Positions 1-18,556 of a stretch of 64,000 bases of DNA are shown one piece after another. The DNA comes from the human T2T-CHM13v2.0 reference genome, Homo sapiens. Below the pieces are notes generated by a model. It did no database searches, was not told the DNA's origin, and was given only the letters and a program-made list of their open reading frames with translations. The DNA lies in assembly GCF_009914755.1 (NCBI RefSeq), contig NC_060937.1; one strand, written 5' to 3'. Position numbers and translations under genes: made by a program. How positions within the stretch are numbered: position 1 is the first letter of the stretch; each line of letters opens with the position of its first letter.

Positions 1-873
1 ATATATATTATGGATCACATATTGTATGTTTTTTATCATATATTATATATCATATATCATATATTATATGTTATATATATCACATACCACATATGGTATA
101 TTATAAATTATATATAATATATGACATACATTATATTATATATAATAAATTATACATTATATGCAACATAGTATTTATTCTATATAACATATATAGTACA
201 TAAAATATATAATATATAACATATATTACATATAATTTATAACATAGACATATAATATATATTTAATATATGTATTATACATACAATGTATTATATATAT
301 AAAATATATAATATATATTATATATGTCATAAAATATAATATATATTATAGGTCATATTGTGTATATACAATTATATATTATTTTATATTATATATAACA
401 TAGTTATAATATATACATTACATGTAATATATATTATATACTTAATACGTATATTAACCATATAATATATTCTATATATGATATATAATATTTATTATAT
501 ATGTCATAAAATATATATATTATATGTCATACTGTATATATACAATTATATATTATTTTATATGATTTTATATTATATATAACATAGATATAATATATAC
601 AATATATGTAATATATATTACATACTTGATACGTATATTAACCATATAATATATTCTATATACGATATATAATATATATTATATATGACATAAAATATTA
701 TATATTATACGTCTTATTGTATAAATATAATACTTATATATTATCAATTATTATATTACATATAATATATATAATATAAGATGCAGGATGTAAAACAATA
801 TTATATATATGTTATATAGATTACATATATGATACTATATATTATTATATATATAATATATATATATATATAT

Positions 874-1437
874 GTGGGTGCCCTATTTCCCATCTCATAA
901 CTTATTTTAAGAAGCGCAGCATAATAATGTGTGGGCTTGGGATTCACTTTTTGAAACAAAACACTGAGGCTTCAATGACCTTTCGGTCTCTGTAAAAGCA
1001 CTCCTGTCTTCCTGGCAACAGTTGGACCACACAATGTGGATTGTGCCCTCACCCTGCAATGTTTATACCTTATCGCCATGGTGACGGGATTAGGGATCTC
1101 CTGCTCTTGGTCCTAAGGGCCACTGCCTGAGCTGTGTTTTTCAAAGGTCAGAACAGAGTGAACCTTTGTGGATTTATTTTCCCTGAGTTTGATTTTTCTC
1201 ATGGGGAACCCGGGTTGCTGCTTTGAAGGTGGATTCATACTGGCCTTTCAAATGCCAACTCTTCAAACTACTAGTTAATGCTTTCAAAACATGTTATTTA
1301 AAAAATTATACTATGTATTTTCCATATGCAGTTATAAATATGTTTCATGGTTATGTTTTATTCCTCAGTTTCTATATTTGATTATTGTACCAAGCAGAGT
1401 ACCTTTGAAATTTTTTTCATTTAAAAAATATGTACCT
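874..1437 (+). repeat. HSATI core of unit 1 (divergent edge subtype)
   Basis: Mixed-sequence segment from GTGGGTGCCC to the Alu start. It carries CCCTATTTCC, CTCATAACTT, ACACTGAG and CCTAAGGG variants otherwise seen in right-edge units. Confidence 0.85.
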
Positions 1438-1752
<315 letters not shown>

Positions 1753-3273
1753 TTATGTCATATGCTTTATATGTAATATATCACCTCATATATATTATAT
1801 GTCATAATATATAATATTTATCCTATGTCATATTATACATATTGTATATATTACATAACAAATATAATATGTAATACATATTATATATCTTATATTTGTA
1901 AATATATAATTATAGGTAACATAACATATAGTTATATATACTATGATATATAACATATATACTATATCATATACGATATATAATATATATATTTTATTAC
2001 ATATTATAATTTATATATATTATAATTTATATAAGGATATAATTATTTATATAATATAAAAAATTGTATATGATTATATAATTATATATAATATAAATAA
2101 TAATATATAATTACATGTTTATATAGTTCTATGTATAATAATATAATTTTATATATAATTATATATATCATATAATAGACAGCATACATATTATATAATA
2201 TAAAATATATATTATACAATATACGATAATAATATTTATGATAGTTAACATATCATAATATAATATATATTTTAATATTATGTATGTAACATATATTATG
2301 TGATATATAATATTATTATGTAATATAAAATAATGTAATATAATATATATTATATTATGACATATTATGTAAAGTATGTAATAAAATTATATATAAAATA
2401 ATATATAGTTATATACATTATATTATACATTTACGTATAATATTATAGAGTTCTATATAATTTTAAATAGTTATATATAATTATAATATAAAACGTGTAT
2501 AATATATATCATAAAATATATATTGTATACCATATATATTATCTATCATATATTGTATGTTACATATCATATATTGTATATCATATGTCATATATTCTGT
2601 GTTATATGTAACACATTCTACATATTGTATGTTATAAATTATATATAATATATGACATACATTATATTATATATGATAAATTATACATTATACACAACAT
2701 AGTATATATTATATGTAACATGTATATTCCATGTAAAATATATAATATATACGTATATTACATATAATAAATAACATAGACATATAATATATATATAATA
2801 TATGTATTATACATACAACGTATCATATATAATATATAACACATATTATATATATGTCATAAAATACAATATATATTATATGTCATATTTATATATACAA
2901 TTATATATTATTATATGTTATTTTATAGTACATATAACATAGATATAATATATATATTACCTGTAATGTATATAATATATAACGTAGACATAATTTATAA
3001 AATATATAATGTATATTATATATTTAATACGTATATTAACTATATAATATATTCTATATATAATATATAATATATACTATATATGTCATAAAATATAATA
3101 CATATTATATGTCATATTGTATAAATATAATACTTATATATTATCAATTATTGTATTACCTATAATATATGTAGTATCAGATGCAGGATGTAAAACAATA
3201 TTATACGTATGTGATATATATTATATATATGATACTATATATTATTATATACATAATGTATATATATATATTT

Positions 3274-3838
3274 GTGGGTGCCCTGTTTCCCATCTCATCA
3301 CTTGTTTTAAGAAGCGCAGCATAATAATGTGTGGGCTTGGGATTCAGTTTTTGAAACAAAACACGAAGCCTTCAATGACCTTTCGGTCTATGTAAAGGCA
3401 CTCCTGTCTTCCTGGCAGCAGTTGGACCTCACAATGTGGATTGTGCCCTCACCCTGCAATGTTTATGCCTTATCGCCATGGTGACGGGATTAGGGATCTC
3501 CTGCTCTTGGTCCTCAGGGCCACTGTCTGTGCTGTGTTTTTCAAAGGTCAGCACAGAGTGAACCTTTGTGGTTTTATTTTCCCTGAGTTTGATTTTTCTC
3601 ATGGGGAACCCGTGTTGCTGCTTTGAAGGTGTATTCATACTGGCCTTTCAAATGCCAACTCTTCAAATTACTACTTAATGCTTTCAAAACATGGTATTTA
3701 AAAAATTATCCTCTGTATTTTCCATATGCAGTTATAAATATGTTTCATGGTTATGTTTTATTCCTCAGTTTCTATATTTGATTATTGTACCAAGCAGAGT
3801 ACCTTTGAAATTTTTTTTCATTTACAAAATATGTACCT
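3274..3838 (+). repeat. HSATI core, representative central unit
   Basis: Lies between the (TA)n tract and the Alu. Equivalent cores start at about 5680, 8086, 10492, 12895, 15296, 17700, 20101, 22501, 24905, 27309, 29710, 32116, 34524, 36931, 39361, 41823, 44251 and 46687. The family name rests on recognition of the HSat1B layout, not on a database search. Confidence 0.85.
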
Positions 3839-4130
<292 letters not shown>

Positions 4131-5679
4131 TTATATATGATATCTGTTATATGTTATGTCATATGCTTTATATGTAATATATCACCTCATATATATTATA
4201 TGTCGTAATATATAATATTTATACTATGTCATATTATATATATTGTATATATTACATAACATATATAATATGTAGTACATATTATTCATCTTACATATGA
4301 AAATATATAATTATCGGTAACATAACATATAGTTATATATACTATGATATATAACATATATACTATATCATATATGATATATAATATATCTATCTTCATT
4401 ACATATTATAATTTATATATATGATAATTTATATAAGGATATAATATTTATGTAATATAATTAATTATATATGATTATATAATTATATATCATATAAGTA
4501 ATAGTATATTTAATTACCTGTTTATATAGTTATATGTATAATAAAATAATTATATATATAATTATATATATCATATAATAGACAGCATACATATTATATA
4601 ATATATAATATATATTATACAATATAGGATGATAATATATATGATAGTTAACATATCATAATATAAAATATGTTTTAATATTATGTATGTAACATATATT
4701 ATGAGTTATATAGTATATATTATGTAACATAAAATAATGTAATATAATATATAGTATATTATGATATATTATGCAAAGTATGTAATAAAATTATATATAA
4801 AATAATATATAATTATGTACATTATATTATACATTTACATAAAATATTATACAGTTCTATATAATTTTAACTAGTTATATATAATTATAATATAAAACGT
4901 GTATAATATATATCATAAAATATATATTGTATACCGTATACATTATGTATCATGTATTGTATGTTACATATCATATATTGTATATCATATGTCATATATT
5001 CTGTGTTATATTTAACCCATTCCACATATTGTATGTTATAAATTATATACAATATATGACATACATTATATTATATATGATAAATTATACATTATACACA
5101 ACATAGTATATATTATATGTAACATGTATATTCCATGTAAAATTTATAATATATACGTATATTACATATAATAAATAACATAGACTTATAATATATATAT
5201 AATATATGTATTATACATACAACGCATCATATATAATCTGTAACACATATTATATATATGTCATAAAATACAATATATATTATATGTCATATTTATATAT
5301 ACAATTATATATTATTATATGTTATTTTATAGTATATATAACATAGATATAATATATATATTACCTGTAATGTATAAAATATATAACGTAGACATAATAT
5401 ATAAAATATATATAATGTATATTATATATTTAATACGTATATTAACCATATAATATATTCTATATATAATATATAATATATAATATATATGTCATAAAAT
5501 ATAATATATATTATATGTCATATTGTATAAATATAATACTTATATGTTATCAATTATTGTGTTACCTATAATATATGTAGTATCAGATGCAGGATGTAAA
5601 ACAATATTATACATATGTGATATATATTGTATATATGATACTATATATTATTATATACATAATGTATATATATATATTT
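4131..5679. repeat. AT-rich low-complexity segment of the HSat1B unit (representative)
   Basis: About 1.55 kb of TATATAA/ATATATT-type degenerate simple repeat with sparse G/C. It is conserved almost base for base between central units and ends in a (TA)n tract. Confidence 0.92.
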
Positions 5680-6244
5680 GTGGGTGCCCTGTTTCCCATC
5701 TCATCACTTGTTTTAAGAAGCGCAGCATAATAACGTGTGGGCTTGGGATTCAGTTTTTGAAACAAAACACGATGCCTTCAATGACCTTTCGGTCTATGTA
5801 AAGGCACTCCTGTCTTCCTGGCAGCAGTTGGACCTCACAATGTGGATTGTGCCCTCACCCTGCAATGTTTATGCCTTATCGCCATGGTGACGGGATTAGG
5901 GATCTCCTGCTCTTGGTCCTCAGGGCCACTGTCTGTGCTGTGTTTTTCAAAGGTCAGCACAGAGTGAACCTTTGTGGTTTAATTTTCCCTGAGTTTGATT
6001 TTTCTCATGGGGAACCCGTGTTGCTGCTTTGAAGGTGTATTCATACTGGCCTTTCAAATGCCAACTCTTCAAATTACTAGTTAATGCTTTCAAAACATGG
6101 TATTTAAAAAATTATCCTCTGTATTCTCCATATGCAGTTATAAATATGTTTCATGGTTATGTTTTATTCCTCAGTTTCTATATTTGATTATTGTACCAAG
6201 CAGAGTACCTTTGAAATTTTTTTTCATTTAAAAAATATGTACCT

Positions 6245-6536
<292 letters not shown>

Positions 6537-8650
6537 TTATATATGATATCTGTTATATGTCATGTCATATGCTTTATATGTAATATATCACCTCATATAT
6601 ATTATATGTCGTAATATATAATATTTCTACTATGTCATATTATATATATTGTATATATTACATAACATATATAATATGTAGTACATATTATTCATCTTAC
6701 ATATGAAAATATATAATTATCGGTAACATAACATATAGTTATATATACTATGATATATAACATATATACTATATCATATATGATATATAATATATCTATC
6801 TTCATTACATATTATAATTTATATATATTATAATTTATATAAGGATATAATATTTATGTAATATAATTAATTATATATGATTATATAATTATATATCATA
6901 TAAGTAATAGTATATTTAATTACCTGTTTATATAGTTATATGTATAATAAAATAATTATATATATAATTATATATATCATATAATAGACAGCATACATAT
7001 TATATAATATATAATATATATTATACAATATAGGATGATAATATATATGACAGTAAACATATCATAATATAATATATGTTTTAATATTATGTATGTAACA
7101 TATATTATGAGACATATAGTATATATTATGTAATATAAAATAATGTAATATAATATATAGTATATTATGATATATTATGCAAAGTATGTAATAAAATTAT
7201 ATATAAAATAATATATAGTTATATACATTATATTATACATTTACATAAAATATTATACAGTTCTATATAATTTTAAATACTTATATATAATTATAATATA
7301 AAACGTGTATAATATATATCATAAAATATATATTGTATACCGTATACATTATGTATCATGTATTGAATGTTACATATCATATATTGTATATCATATGTCA
7401 TATATTCTGTGTTATATGTAACACATTCCACATATTGTATGTTATAAATTATATACAATATATGACATACATTATATTATATATGATAAATTACACATTA
7501 TACACAACATAGTATATATTATATGTAACATGTATACTCCATGTAAAATATATAATATATACGTATATTACATATAATAAATAACATAGACATATAATAT
7601 ATATATAATATATGTATTATACATACAACGCATCATATATAATCTGTAACACATATTATATATATGTCAGAAAATACAATATATATTATATGTCATATTT
7701 ATATATACAATTATATATTATTATATGTTATTTTTTAGTATATATAACATAGATATAATATATATATTACCTGTAATGTATATAATATATAACCTAGACA
7801 TAATATATAAAATATATATAATGTATATTATATATTTAATACGTATATTAACCATATAATATATTCTATATATAATATATGATATATACTATATATGTCA
7901 TAAAATATAATATATATTATATGTCATATTGTATAAATATAATACTTATATGTCATCTATTATTGTATTACCTATAATATATGTAGTATCAGATGCAGGA
8001 TGTAAAACAATATTATACATATGTGATATATATTATATATATGATACTATATATTATTATATACATAATGTATATATATATATTTGTGGGTGCCCTGTTT
8101 CTCATCTCATCACTTGTTTTAAGAAGCGCAGCATAATAATGTGTGGGCTTGGGATTCAGTTTTTGAAACAAAACACGAAGCCTTCAATGACCTTTCGGTC
8201 TATGTAAAGGCACTCCTGTCTTCCTGGCAGCAGTTGGACCTCACAATGTGGATTGTGCCCTCACCCTGCAATGTTTATGCCTTATCGCCATGGTGACGGG
8301 ATTAGGGATCTCCTGCTCTTGGTCCTCAGGGCCACTGTCTGTGCTGTGTTTTTCAAAGGTCAGCACAGAGTGAACCTTTGTGGTTTTATTTTCCCTGAGT
8401 TTGATTTTTCTCATGGGGAACCCGTGTTGCTGCTTTGAAGGTGTATTCATACTGGCCTTTCAAATGCCAACTCTTCAAATTACTACTTAATGCTTTCAAA
8501 ACATGGTATTTAAAAAATTATCCTCTGTATTTTCCATATGCAGTTATAAATATGTTTCATGGTTATGTTTTATTCCTCAGTTTCTATATTTGATTATTGT
8601 ACCAAGCAGAGTACCTTTGAAATTTTTTTTCATTTACAAAATATGTACCT

Positions 8651-8942
<292 letters not shown>

Positions 8943-11056
8943 TTATATATGATATCTGTTATATGTTATGTCATATGCTTTATATGTAATATATCACCTC
9001 ATATATATTATATGTCGTAATATATAATATTTATACTATGTCATATTATATATATTGTATATATTACATGACATATATAATATGTAGTACATATTATTCA
9101 TCTTACATATGAAAATATATAATTATCGGTAACATAACATATAGTTATATATACTATGATATATAACATATATACTATATCATATATGATATATAAAATA
9201 TCTATTTTCATTACATATTATAATTTATATATATTATAATTTATATAAGGATATAATATTTATGTAATATAATTAATTATATATGATTATATAATTATAT
9301 ATCATATAAGTAGTAGTATATTTAATTACCTGTTTATATAGTTATATGTATAGTAAAATAATTATATATATAATTATATATATCATATAATAGACAGCAT
9401 ACATACTATATAATATATAATATATATTATACAATATAGGATGATAATATATATGATAGTTAATATATCATAATATAATATATGTTTTAATATTATGTAT
9501 GTAACATATATTATGGGATATATAATATATATTATGTAATATATAATAATGTATTATAATATATAGTATATTATGATATATTATGTAAAGTATGTAATAA
9601 AATTATATATAAAATAATATATAGTTATATACATTATATTATACATTTACATAAAATATTATACAGTTCTATATAATTTTAAATAGTTATATGTAATTAT
9701 AATATAAAACGTGTATAATATATATCATAAAATATATATTGTATACCATATACATTATGTATCATATATTGTATGTTACATATCATATATTGTATATCAT
9801 ATGTCATATATTGTGTGTTATATGTAACACATTCCAGATATTGTATGTTATAAATTATATATAATATATGACATACATTATATTATATATGATAAATTAT
9901 ACATTATACACAACATAGTATATATTATATGTAACATGTATATTCCATGTAAAATATATGATATATACGTATATTACATATAATAAATAACATAGACATA
10001 TAATATATATATAATATATGTATTATACATACAACGTATCATATATAATGTGTAACCCATATTATATATATGTCATAAAATACAATATATATTATATGTC
10101 ATATTTATATATACAATTATATATTATTATATGTTATTTTATAGTATATATAACATAGATATAATATATATATTACCTGTAATGTATATAATATATAACG
10201 TAGACATAATATATAAAATATATATAATGTATATTATATATTTAATACGTATATTAACCTTATAATATATTCTATATATAATATATAATATATACTATAT
10301 ATGTCATAAAATATATTATATATTATATGTCATATTGTATAAATATAATACTTATATATTATCAATTATTGTATTACCTATAATATATGTAGTATCAGAT
10401 GCAGGATGTAAAACAATATTATACATATGTGATATATATTATATATATGATACTATATATTATTATATACATAATGTATATATATATATTTTTGGGTGCC
10501 CTGTTTCCCATCTCATCACTTGTTTTAAGAAGCGCAGCATAATAACGTGTGGGCTTGGGATTCAGGTTTTGAAACAAAACACGAAGCCTTCAATGACCTT
10601 TCGGTCTATGTAAAGGCACTCCTGTCTTCCTGGCAGCAGTTGGACTTCACAATGTGGATTGTGCCCTCACCCTGCAATGTTTATGCCTTATCGCCATGGT
10701 GACGGGATTAGGGATCTCCTGCTCTTGGTCCTCAGGGCCACTGTCTGTGCTGTGTTTTTCAAAGGTCAGAACAGAGTGAACCTTTGTGGTTTTATTTTCC
10801 CTGAGTTTGATTTTTCTCATGGGGAACCCGTGTTGCTGCTTTGAAGGTGTATTCATACTGGCCTTTCAAATGCCCACTCTTCAAATTACTAGTTAATGCT
10901 TTCAAAACATGGTATTTAAAAAATTATCCTCTGTATTTTCCATATGCAGTTATAAATATGTTTCATGGTTATGTTTTATTCCTCAGTTTCTATATTTGAT
11001 TATTGTACCAAGCAGAGTACCTTTGAAATTTTTTTTCATTTACAAAATATGTACCT

Positions 11057-11348
<292 letters not shown>

Positions 11349-13459
11349 TTATATATGATATCTGTTATATGTTATGTCATATGCTTTATATGTAATATAT
11401 CACCTCATATATATTATATGTCATAATATATAATATTTATACTATGTCATATTATATATATTGTATATATTACATGACATATATAATATGTAGTACATAT
11501 TATTCATCTTACATATGAAAATATATAATTATCGGTAACATAACATATAGTTATATATACTATGATAGATAACATATATACTATATCATATATGATATAT
11601 AATATATCTATTTTCATTACATATTATAATTTATATATATTATAATTTATATAAGGATATAATATTTATGTAATATAATTAATTATATATGATTATATAA
11701 TTATATATCATATAAGTAATAGTATATTTAATTACCTGTTTATATAGTTATATGTATAATAAAATAATTATATATATAATTATATATATCATATAATAGA
11801 CAGCATACATACTATATAATATATAATATATATTATACAATATAGGATGATAATATATATGATAGTTAATATATCATAATATAATATATGTTTTAATATT
11901 ATGTATGTAACATATATTATGTGATATATAATATATAGTATGTAATATAAAATAATGTAATATAATATATATTATATTATGATATATTATGTAAAGTATG
12001 TAATAAAATTATATATAAAATAATATATAGTTATATACATTATATTATACATTTACATAAAATATTATACAGATCTATATAATTTTAAATAGTTATATGT
12101 GATTATAATATAAAACGTGTATAATATATATCATAAAATATATATTGTATACCATATACCTTATGTATCATATATTGTATGTTACATATCATATATTGTA
12201 TATCATATGTCATATATTCTGTGTTATATGTAACACATTCCACATATTGTATGTTATAAATTATATATATGACATACATTATATTATATATGATAAATTA
12301 TACATTATACACAACATAGTATATATTATATGTAACATGTATATTCCATGTAAAATATATAATATATACGTATATTACATATAATAAATAACATAGACAT
12401 ATAATATATATATAATATATGTATTATACATACAACGTATCATATATAATGTGTAACCCATATTATATATATGTCATAAAATACAATATATAGTATATGT
12501 CATATTTATATATACAATTATATATTATTATATGTTATTTTATAGTATATATAACATAGATATAATATATATATTACCTGTAATGTATATAATATATAAC
12601 GTAGACATAATATATAAAATATATATAATGTATATTATATATTTAATACGTATATTAACCATATAATATACTCTATATATAATATATAATATATACTATA
12701 TATATCATAAAATATAATATATATTATATGTCATATTGCATAAATATTATACTTATATATTATCAATTATTGTATTACCTATAATATATGTAGTATCAGA
12801 TGCAGGATGTAAAACAATATTATACAGATGTGATATATATTATATATATGATACTATATATTATTATATACATAATGTATATATATATATATTTGTGGGT
12901 GCCCGGTTTCCCATCTCATCACTTGTTTTAAGAAGCGCAGCATAATAATGTGTGGGCTTGGGATTCAGTTTTTGAAACAAAACACGAAGCCTTCAATGAC
13001 CTTTCGGTCTATGTAAAGGCACTCCTGTCTTCCTGGCAGCAGTTGGACCTCACAATGTGGATTGTGCCCTCACCCTGCAATGTTTATGCCTTATCGCCAT
13101 GGTGACGGGATTAGGGATCTCCTGCTCTTGGTCCTCAGGGCCACTGTCTGTGCTGTGTTTTTCAAAGGTCAGAACAGAGTGAACCTTTGTGGTTTTATTT
13201 TCCCTGAGTTTGATTTTTCTCATGGGGAACCCGTGTTGCTGCTTTGAAGGTGTATTCATACTGGCCTTTCAAATGCCAACTCTTCAAATTACTAGTTAAT
13301 GCTTTCAAAACATGGTATTTAAAAAATTATCCTCTGTATTTTCCATATGCAGTTATAAATATGTTTCATGGTTATGTTTTATTCCTCAGTTTCTATATTT
13401 GATTATTGTACCAAGCAGAGTACCTTTGAAATTTTTTTTCATTTAAAAAATATGTACCT

Positions 13460-13751
<292 letters not shown>

Positions 13752-15861
13752 TTATATATGATATCTGTTATATGTTATGTCATATGCTTTATATGTAATA
13801 TATCACCTCATAAATATTATATGTCGTAATATATAATATTTATACTATGTCATATTATATATATTGTATATATTACATAACATATATAATATGTAGTACA
13901 TATTATTCAACTTACATATGAAAATATATAATTATCGGTAACATAACATATAGTTATACATACTATGACATATAACATATATACTATATCATATATGATA
14001 TATAATATATCTATTTTCATTACATATTATAATTTATATATATTATAATTTATATAAGGATATAATATTTATGTAATATAATTAATTATATATGATTATA
14101 TAATTATATATCATATAAGTAGTAGTACATTTAATTACCTGTTTATATAGTTATATGTATAATAAAATAATTATATATATAATTATATATATCATATAAT
14201 AGACAGCATACATAGTATATAATATATAATATATATTATACAATATAGGATGATAATATATATGATAGTTAATATATCATAATATATGTTTTAATATTAT
14301 GTATGTAACATATATTATGAGATATATAATATATATTATGTAAGAAAAAATAATGTAATATAATATATAGTATATTATGATATATTATGTAAAGTATGTA
14401 ATAAAATTATATATAAAATAATATATAGTTATATACATTATATTATACATTTACATAAAATATTATACAGTTCTATATAATTTTAAATAGTTATATGTAA
14501 TTATAATATAAAACGTGTATAATATATATCATAAAATATATATTGTATACCATATACATTATGTATCATATATTGTATGTTACATATCATATATTGTATA
14601 TCATATGTCATATATTCTGTGTTATACGTAACACATTCCACATATTGTATGTTATAAATTATATATAATATATGACATACATTATATTATATATGATAAA
14701 TTATACATTATACACAACATAGTATATATTATATGTAACATGTATATTCCATGTAAATTATATAATATATACGTATATTACATATAATAAATAACATAGA
14801 CATATAATATATATATAATATATGTATTATTCATACAACGTATCATATATAATGTGTAACCCATATTATATATATGTCATAAAATACAATATATATTATA
14901 TGTCATATTTATATATACAATTATATATTATTATATGTTATTTTATAGTATATATAACATAGATATAATATATATATTACCTGTAATGTATATAATATAT
15001 AACGTAGACATAATATATAAAATATATATAATGTATATTATATATTTAATACGTATATTTACCATATAATCTATTCTATATATAATATATAACATATACT
15101 ATATATGTCATAAAATATAATATATATTATATGTCATATTGTATAAATATAATACTTATATATTATCAATTATTGTATTACCTATAATATATGTAGTATC
15201 AGATGCAGGATGTAAAACAATATTATACATATGTGATATATATTATATATATGATACTATATATTATTATATACATAATGTATATATATATATTTTTGGG
15301 TGCCCTGTTTCCCATCTCATCACTTTTTTTTAAGAAGCGCAGCATAATAACGTGTGGGCTTGGGATTCAGGTTTTGAAACAAAACACGAAGCCTTCAATG
15401 ACCTTTCGGTCTATGTAAAGGCACTCCTGTCTTCCTGGCAGCAGTTGGACCTCACAATGTGGATTGTGCCCTCACCCTGCAATGTTTATGCCTTATCGCC
15501 ATGGTGACGGGATTAGGGATCTCCTGCTCTTGGTCCTCAGGGCCAATTTCTGTGCTGTGTTTTTCAAAGGTCAGAACAGAGTGAACCTTTGTGGTTTTAT
15601 TTTCCCTGAGTTTGATTTTTCTCATGGGGAACCCGTGTTGCTGCTTTGAAGGTGTATTCATACTGGCCTTTCAAATGCCCACTCTTCAAATTACTAGTTA
15701 ATGCTTTCAAAACATGGTATTTAAAAAATTATCCTCTGTATTTTCCATATGCAGTTATAAATATGTTTCATGGTTATGTTTTATTCCTCAGTTTCTATAT
15801 TTGATTATTGTACCAAGCAGAGTACCTTTGAAATTTTTTTTCATTTACAAAATATGTACCT

Positions 15862-16153
<292 letters not shown>

Positions 16154-18264
16154 TTATATATGATATCTGTTATATGTTATGTCATATGCTTTATATGTAA
16201 TATATCACCTCATATATATTATATGTCATAATATATAATATTTATACTATGTCATATTATATATATTGTATATATTACATGACATATATAATATGTAGTA
16301 CATATTATTCATCTTACATATGAAAATATATAATTATCGGTAACATAACATATAGTTATATATACTATGATAGATAACATATATACTATATCATATATGA
16401 TATATAATATATCTATTTTCATTACATATTATAATTTATATATATTATAATTTATATAAGGATATAATATTTATGTAATATAATTAATTATATATGATTA
16501 TATAATTATATATCATATAAGTAATAGTATATTTAATTACCTGTTTATATAGTTATATGTATAATAAAATAATTATATATATAATTATATATATCATATA
16601 ATAGACAGCATACATACTATATAATATATAATATATATTATACAATATAGGATGATAATATATATGATAGTTAATATATCATAATATAATATATGTTTTA
16701 ATATTATGTATGTAACATATATTATGTGATATATAATATATAGTATGTAATATAAAATAATGTAATATAATATATATTATATTATGATATATTATGTAAA
16801 GTATGTAATAAAATTATATATAAAATAATATATAGTTATATACATTATATTATACATTTACATAAAATATTATACAGATCTATATAATTTTAAATAGTTA
16901 TATGTGATTATAATATAAAACGTGTATAATATATATCATAAAATATATATTGTATACCATATACCTTATGTATCATATATTGTATGTTACATATCATATA
17001 TTGTATATCATATGTCATATATTCTGTGTTATATGTAACACATTCCACATATTGTATGTTATAAATTATATATATGACATACATTATATTATATATGATA
17101 AATTATACATTATACACAACATAGTATATATTATATGTAACATGTATATTCCATGTAAAATATATAATATATACGTATATTACATATAATAAATAACATA
17201 GACATATAATATATATATAATATATGTATTATACATACAACGTATCATATATAATGTGTAACCCATATTATATATATGTCATAAAATACAATATATAGTA
17301 TATGTCATATTTATATATACAATTATATATTATTATATGTTATTTTATAGTATATATAACATAGATATAATATATATATTACCTGTAATGTATATAATAT
17401 ATAACGTAGACATAATATATAAAATATATATAATGTATATTATATATTTAATACGTATATTAACCATATAATATACTCTATATATAATATATAATATATA
17501 CTATATATATCATAAAATATAATATATATTATATGTCATATTGCATAAATATTATACTTATATATTATCAATTATTGTATTACCTATAATATATGTAGTA
17601 TCAGATGCAGGATGTAAAACAATATTATACAGATGTGATATATATTATATATATGATACTATATATTATTATATACATAATGTATATATATATATATTTG
17701 TGGGTGCCCGGTTTCCCATCTCATCACTTGTTTTAAGAAGCGCAGCATAATAATGTGTGGGCTTGGGATTCAGTTTTTGAAACAAAACACGAAGCCTTCA
17801 ATGACCTTTCGGTCTATGTAAAGGCACTCCTGTCTTCCTGGCAGCAGTTGGACCTCACAATGTGGATTGTGCCCTCACCCTGCAATGTTTATGCCTTATC
17901 GCCATGGTGACGGGATTAGGGATCTCCTGCTCTTGGTCCTCAGGGCCACTGTCTGTGCTGTGTTTTTCAAAGGTCAGAACAGAGTGAACCTTTGTGGTTT
18001 TATTTTCCCTGAGTTTGATTTTTCTCATGGGGAACCCGTGTTGCTGCTTTGAAGGTGTATTCATACTGGCCTTTCAAATGCCAACTCTTCAAATTACTAG
18101 TTAATGCTTTCAAAACATGGTATTTAAAAAATTATCCTCTGTATTTTCCATATGCAGTTATAAATATGTTTCATGGTTATGTTTTATTCCTCAGTTTCTA
18201 TATTTGATTATTGTACCAAGCAGAGTACCTTTGAAATTTTTTTTCATTTAAAAAATATGTACCT

Positions 18265-18556
<292 letters not shown>

